From contig CAZOXU010000004.1 of NCBI GenBank assembly GCA_964583975.1, forward strand, positions 70,100 to 134,099: a DNA stretch of 64,000 nucleotides, in the 5' to 3' direction. The position numbers and the translations under genes were made by a program. Shown here one piece after another: positions 58,130 to 64,000 of the stretch. Position 1 is the first letter of the stretch. Each line of letters opens with the position of its first letter. This DNA comes from an uncultured Planctomycetales bacterium. GTDB taxonomy: Bacteria; Omnitrophota; Gorgyraeia; Zapsychrales; Fredricksoniimonadaceae. The notes under the pieces were generated by a model. It did no database searches, was not told the DNA's origin, and worked only from the letters and a program-made list of their open reading frames with translations.

Positions 58130-58317
58130 TTCAGTACTAATTTCCATAAAAAGCGTTCCCTCGATTGGCACATCCATCATCTACATGCTATATTATCAAT
58201 AGTAACATCGTTCTTTTCTGAAAAAGGCATACCATCTCGAAAGAGTGGGACGCAAAACCGTGAGTCTAAAGGCAATTTAAAACGCCAATGACTGTCTGGC
58301 TACCAAAGGGAACGTAT

Positions 58318-58542
58318 ATGAAAAAAATACTCGCAATTGCCGTAACCCTATATGCTCTAACAGTTTGCAACACAGCCTGGTCTGATACAAAAACCTTTCA
58401 ATTAAGCGTTACCATTCCACCACATGTCACGTTAGTTACAGCTCAAAATAATCAACGCGTCTCTAGCGAACAAATGGTCCAAAAAGATCAAATGATGCGC
58501 GATCACCGCATGCAATTAGTAAGCTCTATGGTTGTTCCTTAG
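58318..58542 (+). CDS. Small secreted protein with donor-strand-like N-terminus, paralogous to the N-terminal part of the 62035-62649 subunit
   Basis: It has a signal peptide (MKKILAIAVTLYALTVCNTAWS). The segment DTKTFQLSVTIPPHVTLVTA matches ADTRTFTVSATIPPPSGVSLTA of the paralogue. It overlaps the convergent OMP gene end by 17 nt. Confidence 0.4.
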   Translation: MKKILAIAVTLYALTVCNTAWSDTKTFQLSVTIPPHVTLVTAQNNQRVSSEQMVQKDQMMRDHRMQLVSSMVVP

Positions 58543-61219
58543 AAACGTCTTGGTCTTCGGTCTTGATTTTAAGCGGAATATGGAAAAGATAGGTTGTTCC
58601 CTCTACCACCTTAACTTCATTCTTTAACTTCACCTGCGGAATCATATTGATGGGTAGACTATTAATATCGATCGTCAACACATGCTCGCCAGCTGCAATA
58701 TCTCTAAAATAAAAAGCTCCTTGAGCATCGCTCACAGAACTTTGTTTCTTATCTACAATAATCCGAGCCCCCTTGACAAATTGATCGGTCTCATCAGGCA
58801 CATTGTTCTCATTTTTGTCAACAAACACCAGACCATAAATCCCGGTTTGACTATTTAAACCAAAATCCACCTTGGTATTTCGCCATTGTTTAACATTGAT
58901 CTCCTGGCCAGTGGCTGTAGAAAATACCGTACCAGCTGGGATGGTATCGCTTTGAGGAGCTACTAAAACACTCTTGGCCTTTACATCCATGGTGTAATAA
59001 CCATTCTCATCTGTTGTTGCATGATTATCACCTACCTTAACTTTCACATTCTTAATACCCTGCTCGCTTGGGTTATAGAGACCATCACCATTTTTATCTT
59101 TATACACATATCCGCTAATTTTGCCATGCGGATTCCAACCACGTCTTAATACATCAAAACTCATGCGCATCCCTAAGCGTACATCCAAATCGTTATAAGG
59201 CAAATTACCTTCAATCTGTGGCCACACCTTACGAGCTCGGCCGTCTAAAAAGAAACTGACATCATTGGCAGGATTATAAGATAGCCCTGCCGATACTCCT
59301 GCACTGTCTTCACCAGCCAAATAACTAGACGTACCAGCCACACCATTTTCTTTACGATAAGACGCATCAAAATTTCCAGAAAGATGCTCTGTGAATTGTC
59401 GATTATAATAAAAGCCGGTGTTTAAAACAGCTGGGTTTAAATCATTTTCTGAAGCCAGCTCATGGACCCAAGAATACTCATAATTGGCATACATGGACAA
59501 TCTATTAGTCAAAGGAACCTGAATACCAGTTAACACGGAATTACGGTCATACTCTGAAAGCGAAGAAAATTCATACCTATTTCTTTGCATGGCACCCCCA
59601 AAGTAGGCATAAACATTCTTAAATCTTAAGAAATTAAAAGTCTTAGAAATCCTTTCATCTAATCCAACATTACGCCGAGGTGAAATCTCCCCTGGTGTAT
59701 GCACATAAAAAAGACTGGTATCTGAGAAGAAATCTTTGATTAAAGGAATACGCACACGCCCCGATGCATCCAGGTTTAAGGCATTCGGATTGTTAGGATT
59801 AAAAAATAAATACTGACGATAGACATCCAAGGTTGTTTCTTCTGAAGCCCGGGCCCATTGCGTACTGGTGGTCCACATCGTCCCTATTTCGCCTTGATTC
59901 GAAGGCACTGCAGAAACCGTTGTAAAATTTTTATTAATTTGTCGAAAATTAAGTGCGGTCGTAAAATTTCCTTTTTTCCAACGCGCCCCTGCCAAAGAAG
60001 CCTCATGCCCATCGCCTCTGGCATATTCCCCGTTCAAATAGGTATTGAAGATCTTCTTTCTGGCTTCCACGGAATAAACCTTCTTCACTAAATTTTCTTC
60101 ATGCTGGGAACCAAAACCTTCAGCGGCATTGATCGAAATTTGATTATCATAATCTTTGGGAAACAGAGTCAATTTATAAGCATTGATATAGGAATTTAAT
60201 TGTGATGAACTGCTTTGATTTAAAAGAATCGAATAAGGTCTTTTCTGCCCGTAATCATAAGATAACCCTACAAGATCATGAAACAGATCAACATCCGCAA
60301 ATACACCGCGCAGTGTCGTACTTGACATGGTTAAAGGTGAGGTTGTTCTATTAGAATCAAAAGCCCGCAAATTAAAATTGCTGGTTCCATCAACAGGAAT
60401 CTGGTTCAACCCCAGGGTGTATGAAGTAATCAAAGATCTGCCATTGGTGGTCTCTTCGCTCATGGATGTATCTAAAAATCCATAGGGCGTTTGACCTTCT
60501 AAGCCAAAGTTTTGTAAGAAACTATAGCTTCTTTTCTTAAAATCTTCTCCCTTTGCCCCGTAATAGTACGTGTTCCAATCATTAGAATAGAAGAAACGAA
60601 ATGGGTCTTCATATTTTTGTGCCGCTTGCTCAGCCCTATCCTTCGCTTCATCGGGATTTGGGGGGAAAACCACCCCCACATAGATAGTACGTCTCCCCGC
60701 ATCATCCCAAATATTTAGAAATGTGCCTCCATACTTAAGCGCATCCACCTTAATTTGATTATGATCAAGTTTTTGGACATTGATAAAGCCTTCATCCATA
60801 ACTAAAAAACGCTGAATATTTTTAACCTGAATAATGACCGACGTTCGATAGATCAAACGTATGGAAGGTTTTCCTGGTGAAGAGCTTATAATTTCATCAA
60901 TGGATATAACCTTAATTTCATTAGGCTCTTGCGCCACAGCACTGCTGCTCGTTTTAGTAACAGCGCTTTGGGACAAATCTAAAGCAGCTTCATCCAAAGA
61001 TTTCTCTATAAGCTTCGTACGTCGTGAATCCTTACTTTTACTTACGTCAGGCGTTTGAGGAAGGCGTGCTGGTATTTCTACAGGCATGACTGGCCTTACA
61101 ATCGTGCGTGGAACAAAATAAAAATATTCTCTAGGCAAATTTTCTGCCCATGCAGGACACCCATAGCTAAAGAATATTGCTAAAGCCAATATGGAACATA
61201 TGAATTTTCTAAATAACAT
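58526..61219 (-). CDS. Large outer-membrane protein (possible usher-like) with two C-terminal Cna-B/carboxypeptidase-regulatory-like beta-sandwich domains
   Basis: It has a signal peptide and a long beta-rich middle region. The C-terminal repeats are GKISGYVYKDKNGDGLYNPSEQGIKNVKVKV...ENGYY and GIYGLVFVDKNENNVPDETDQFVKGARIIV...AQGAFYF. Confidence 0.55.
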   Translation of the reverse strand: MLFRKFICSILALAIFFSYGCPAWAENLPREYFYFVPRTIVRPVMPVEIPARLPQTPDVSKSKDSRRTKLIEKSLDEAALDLSQSAVTKTSSSAVAQEPNEIKVISIDEIISSSPGKPSIRLIYRTSVIIQVKNIQRFLVMDEGFINVQKLDHNQIKVDALKYGGTFLNIWDDAGRRTIYVGVVFPPNPDEAKDRAEQAAQKYEDPFRFFYSNDWNTYYYGAKGEDFKKRSYSFLQNFGLEGQTPYGFLDTSMSEETTNGRSLITSYTLGLNQIPVDGTSNFNLRAFDSNRTTSPLTMSSTTLRGVFADVDLFHDLVGLSYDYGQKRPYSILLNQSSSSQLNSYINAYKLTLFPKDYDNQISINAAEGFGSQHEENLVKKVYSVEARKKIFNTYLNGEYARGDGHEASLAGARWKKGNFTTALNFRQINKNFTTVSAVPSNQGEIGTMWTTSTQWARASEETTLDVYRQYLFFNPNNPNALNLDASGRVRIPLIKDFFSDTSLFYVHTPGEISPRRNVGLDERISKTFNFLRFKNVYAYFGGAMQRNRYEFSSLSEYDRNSVLTGIQVPLTNRLSMYANYEYSWVHELASENDLNPAVLNTGFYYNRQFTEHLSGNFDASYRKENGVAGTSSYLAGEDSAGVSAGLSYNPANDVSFFLDGRARKVWPQIEGNLPYNDLDVRLGMRMSFDVLRRGWNPHGKISGYVYKDKNGDGLYNPSEQGIKNVKVKVGDNHATTDENGYYTMDVKAKSVLVAPQSDTIPAGTVFSTATGQEINVKQWRNTKVDFGLNSQTGIYGLVFVDKNENNVPDETDQFVKGARIIVDKKQSSVSDAQGAFYFRDIAAGEHVLTIDINSLPINMIPQVKLKNEVKVVEGTTYLFHIPLKIKTEDQDVSKEQP

Positions 61220-61228
61220 ACATCATGG

Positions 61229-62032
61229 TTAATCCTTGGTTTGTTCCAAGCTTAACTGACCCGAGACCCCTTTCGTTAAACTTAATTCTTTCGTTAGAAC
61301 ATTTTCATCAGATAAATCTATGTTCATGACGATCGAATATCGACCAGGACTTAGGTTTGAAGGTAGTGGCAATTCCCATGAAACGCTTGCAGCTGCAGGG
61401 ACATACAATTTCTTTAATTCTCCACGGTCCTTAACCAACCCCCCTTCATCGGTAATGTAATACACCATGCGCGGCAGGATGGTTAGGGCACTAGTATTGG
61501 TAAAATCTCCGACAATATTCTCACCTTTAATCGTAACATTATCTACTGAAGCTCGTCTTGGGGCATTTTTAGGCTCAAAAAAGAACAAACATCCCACCCG
61601 TACGATAATGTCCAAACCGGAAACATCTTTCACGTTCTGACCGGATCGCTCAAAAAACAAAACACCATAGTGGCCGCTGTTAATTCCTTGCGGAACACTA
61701 ATGCTGTAATCTATTTTTTGTTTAGCAAAGGCAGGTAAGGTGAATTCTTGAGGCGTATAACTAACCCAAGAGCTAGCCGAGGCAGGCCCTACCCCCGCTG
61801 GAAGAAATTTCTTGGTTCCTTCAAAAGGGGCTTCATACTGAAAATCTTCCCAATATACCTTTACACGAATAGATTCGGCAGAAGTATTGGAAATAAGAAG
61901 AGATTTATTGATGTGATCTCCTCCTTCAACAGCTAAAACGACCTTGCCTTCTTCTAGGAAAAGCTGGGCGTTAGCTGTTGAAGAAAGAAACACAATCAAA
62001 CAAAAAACAAGGTTTAAGGTAAACCTATGCAT
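61229..62032 (-). CDS. Periplasmic two-domain Ig-like protein, putative PapD-like pilus chaperone
   Basis: It has a signal peptide. The N-domain resembles the PapD_N pattern (GKVVLAVEGGDHINKSLLISNTSAESIRVKVYWED versus RvIf.g.eks.tltv.N.gd.pvlvq.Wvd). Confidence 0.4.
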   Translation of the reverse strand: MHRFTLNLVFCLIVFLSSTANAQLFLEEGKVVLAVEGGDHINKSLLISNTSAESIRVKVYWEDFQYEAPFEGTKKFLPAGVGPASASSWVSYTPQEFTLPAFAKQKIDYSISVPQGINSGHYGVLFFERSGQNVKDVSGLDIIVRVGCLFFFEPKNAPRRASVDNVTIKGENIVGDFTNTSALTILPRMVYYITDEGGLVKDRGELKKLYVPAAASVSWELPLPSNLSPGRYSIVMNIDLSDENVLTKELSLTKGVSGQLSLEQTKD

Positions 62033-62034
62033 TA

Positions 62035-62649
62035 TTAACTCACCGTAGCTGTCACAACCAGCGAACCTGTATAACTACCTACTCGATCAGCAGCTGAAAA
62101 CACTTCAGCGCCTGCGGGTTCTCCTGTGGCTGCAGGATTTAATTCGATACCGGTATACATACGGAAAGTACCTGTACCTAATTCTGCAGGAGTAATATGC
62201 TCTGCAGTTAAATCCTTTAATAATTTCTTAGGTCCATGGGCAGCCAGATTCGTTTCTGTTGTTCCGCTAACCTTAACAAAGGTAGCCACTGTTTTCCATC
62301 CTAAACCATGCCCACCTACAGCAGTATTAGGATTAGCTCCTTCTGTATAAGATACGGTAACATCTGTTGAACCAGCACCAGCAATAGGACCTGCATTAAT
62401 CACAAAGTAATGATCTGGTCTGTAGATTTGATTGGTCAAATCATATGTCATGGGATCAAAATTTAAAGCTGTTCCTGTGACTAATGTCCAAACATTGGTT
62501 GCAGCATTCACACTATGTGCTGTAAGACTGACACCTGATGGTGGTGGAATCGTAGCAGAAACTGTAAACGTCCTTGTATCTGCCATTAATGATCCTGTGG
62601 ATCCTAGAAGAAATCCACTTATTAGTACTAACCTCAGTATTTTCTCCAT
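62035..62649 (-). CDS. Secreted pilin-like subunit with N-terminal donor-strand-like segment
   Basis: Alternating hydrophobic residues follow the signal peptide (TFTVSATI). The protein is beta-rich and Gly/Thr/Ala-rich. It lies 2 nt upstream of the chaperone-like gene. Confidence 0.45.
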   Translation of the reverse strand: MEKILRLVLISGFLLGSTGSLMADTRTFTVSATIPPPSGVSLTAHSVNAATNVWTLVTGTALNFDPMTYDLTNQIYRPDHYFVINAGPIAGAGSTDVTVSYTEGANPNTAVGGHGLGWKTVATFVKVSGTTETNLAAHGPKKLLKDLTAEHITPAELGTGTFRMYTGIELNPAATGEPAGAEVFSAADRVGSYTGSLVVTATVS

Positions 62650-62671
62650 TCTTTCCCCCTTTGTTGATGGT

Positions 62672-64000
62672 TTAGTTTTGATTTAATGAAATTCTAACCG
62701 GGGCTACAAAATCACCCGTTGGCATACCTAAATAACCTTGTAACTGAAAAACAACAACAAATTCAACTGGCCCACCTTGAGCATCCGAAGCATAGATGGG
62801 ATACTCGCCAGTTTCAACACTTGCAAAATCTTTGTAGCGGGTACGTCCTTTCTGATCAGGGTTCTTAAAAACGACTTTAAAATTAAAATGGCTCTTATCA
62901 AATTGTTGGCCTTGCTTGTTGGTCAAAAGTGACGGTACATTTTGAAGGACTTGATAGGGTTTACGCAAATTAGAATGGACCACTACTCTCACCTCTTTTT
63001 CCTGGCCGGGCGAGGCAGCTAATACATGTCCGAAACTTACCCCCTCTGGTGGCAAGCCGACATCTATAGTAAAGATGGGTTTTACTTCACAATCAATGTC
63101 TAAGATAAACTCTTGAGTTGCAGCTGAGGTCTCTATGGTGTATTTGACCTTCCCCACATATTTACCGGCATCAGCAACTTGAAGCTTCTGGGGATCTACT
63201 AAGAAATAAACAACCAGGTCATCAGCATCTGCAATCCCTGAATAAATCAAGGTTCTTTTGCGAGATAAGGCATCAACAGATCTTACATTGCCACTATTAG
63301 TACCTTCAATAGAAATTCTTAGCGCATCCAAAGGCAACTCATTATTAAGCTCGTTAAACATAGAGCTAAATTCCTGATAAATTTTGATATCCCCACTACC
63401 ATTATTTGAAAATGAGATCCTAGAAAAATCAGCCTTCTCCTGGCTGCGATCATTGGGTTCAACATGAATTCTTTTTAAATCCCGACCTCCACTAACCGAA
63501 ACTTGTAGATGAGAGGAACCTTCCAGAAATAGATCAACTACCGATTCACTCTGACCACCAGCGCCCATAGCACGAACTGTAAATACCACCCTGCCTCGGT
63601 AATTACCACTGCCACCCACCAATTGAGGAACCACGTTATAGGCGACCATAAAAGAATCACTTTCACCTTTTTGGCCAGAAGTGTACAAAAGCTGTTCACT
63701 GTAGCTTAACCTGTCAGCATTTTGCATATAAAGTGTTCCTGAAGAATTGGAGCTTACCAAAGAGACTGTTTGGATTGCAGACAAATTCAACGGCTGTCCT
63801 TTATCATTAATCACAGGACCATCGACCCGCTGAAAGACTTGATATTTTGTTCCATCATTTGAATTGATTCTAACTTGAACTTGTCGGGTGTTTTTGAGAC
63901 CAGGCAGCACTCGCTCAAATCTAATACCGTTACCACCTTCAATAGGATTAACACTTAAAAGTAGGCCTGCATAGACTGGCGTAGATAGGATTCCAATCAA
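62672..64000 (-). CDS. Large beta-rich secreted protein (possible fibre tip/adhesin), N-terminus beyond the window
   Basis: The frame is open to the window edge. The sequence is repetitive, beta-strand-rich and Gly/Ser/Asn-rich. It is co-directional and 22 nt upstream of the subunit gene. Confidence 0.5.
   Translation of the reverse strand: MIGILSTPVYAGLLLSVNPIEGGNGIRFERVLPGLKNTRQVQVRINSNDGTKYQVFQRVDGPVINDKGQPLNLSAIQTVSLVSSNSSGTLYMQNADRLSYSEQLLYTSGQKGESDSFMVAYNVVPQLVGGSGNYRGRVVFTVRAMGAGGQSESVVDLFLEGSSHLQVSVSGGRDLKRIHVEPNDRSQEKADFSRISFSNNGSGDIKIYQEFSSMFNELNNELPLDALRISIEGTNSGNVRSVDALSRKRTLIYSGIADADDLVVYFLVDPQKLQVADAGKYVGKVKYTIETSAATQEFILDIDCEVKPIFTIDVGLPPEGVSFGHVLAASPGQEKEVRVVVHSNLRKPYQVLQNVPSLLTNKQGQQFDKSHFNFKVVFKNPDQKGRTRYKDFASVETGEYPIYASDAQGGPVEFVVVFQLQGYLGMPTGDFVAPVRISLNQN

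Overview
This is a 64-kb chromosomal segment of a moderately AT-rich diderm (Gram-negative) bacterium whose phylum I cannot assign. Coding density is high and most genes are on the minus strand.

Main content, in order:
- An assimilatory sulfur module is spread across the window: a 5'-truncated siroheme/[4Fe-4S] sulfite reductase, an FprA-type ferredoxin-NADP reductase, sbp-HPr-like-cysK-cysTWA, an Rrf2 regulator, cysH (APS-reductase type), cysD interrupted by an in-frame TAG, a cysNC fusion with a degenerate kinase domain, a CbiX siroheme chelatase, and an OprO/P-family anion porin.
- ilvBH lies behind a short upstream ORF.
- An operon encodes a 1404-aa secreted coiled-coil/TPR-like repeat protein followed by a YyaL thioredoxin-domain protein and AsmA.
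- A housekeeping stretch carries phoBR, crcB, queH, cspA, mutY, nadK, engB, tRNA-Asn, recR, dnaX and tex.
- A conspicuously AT-rich two-gene cassette (a NucS/DUF91-like PD-(D/E)xK protein plus an OLD-family ABC-ATPase/Toprim nuclease) sits between engB and tRNA-Asn. I consider it the best candidate for an undescribed anti-phage defence system.
- At the 3' end a chaperone-usher-like surface-fibre locus begins, with two paralogous donor-strand-like small secreted proteins.

No CRISPR array, transposase or integrase was seen.
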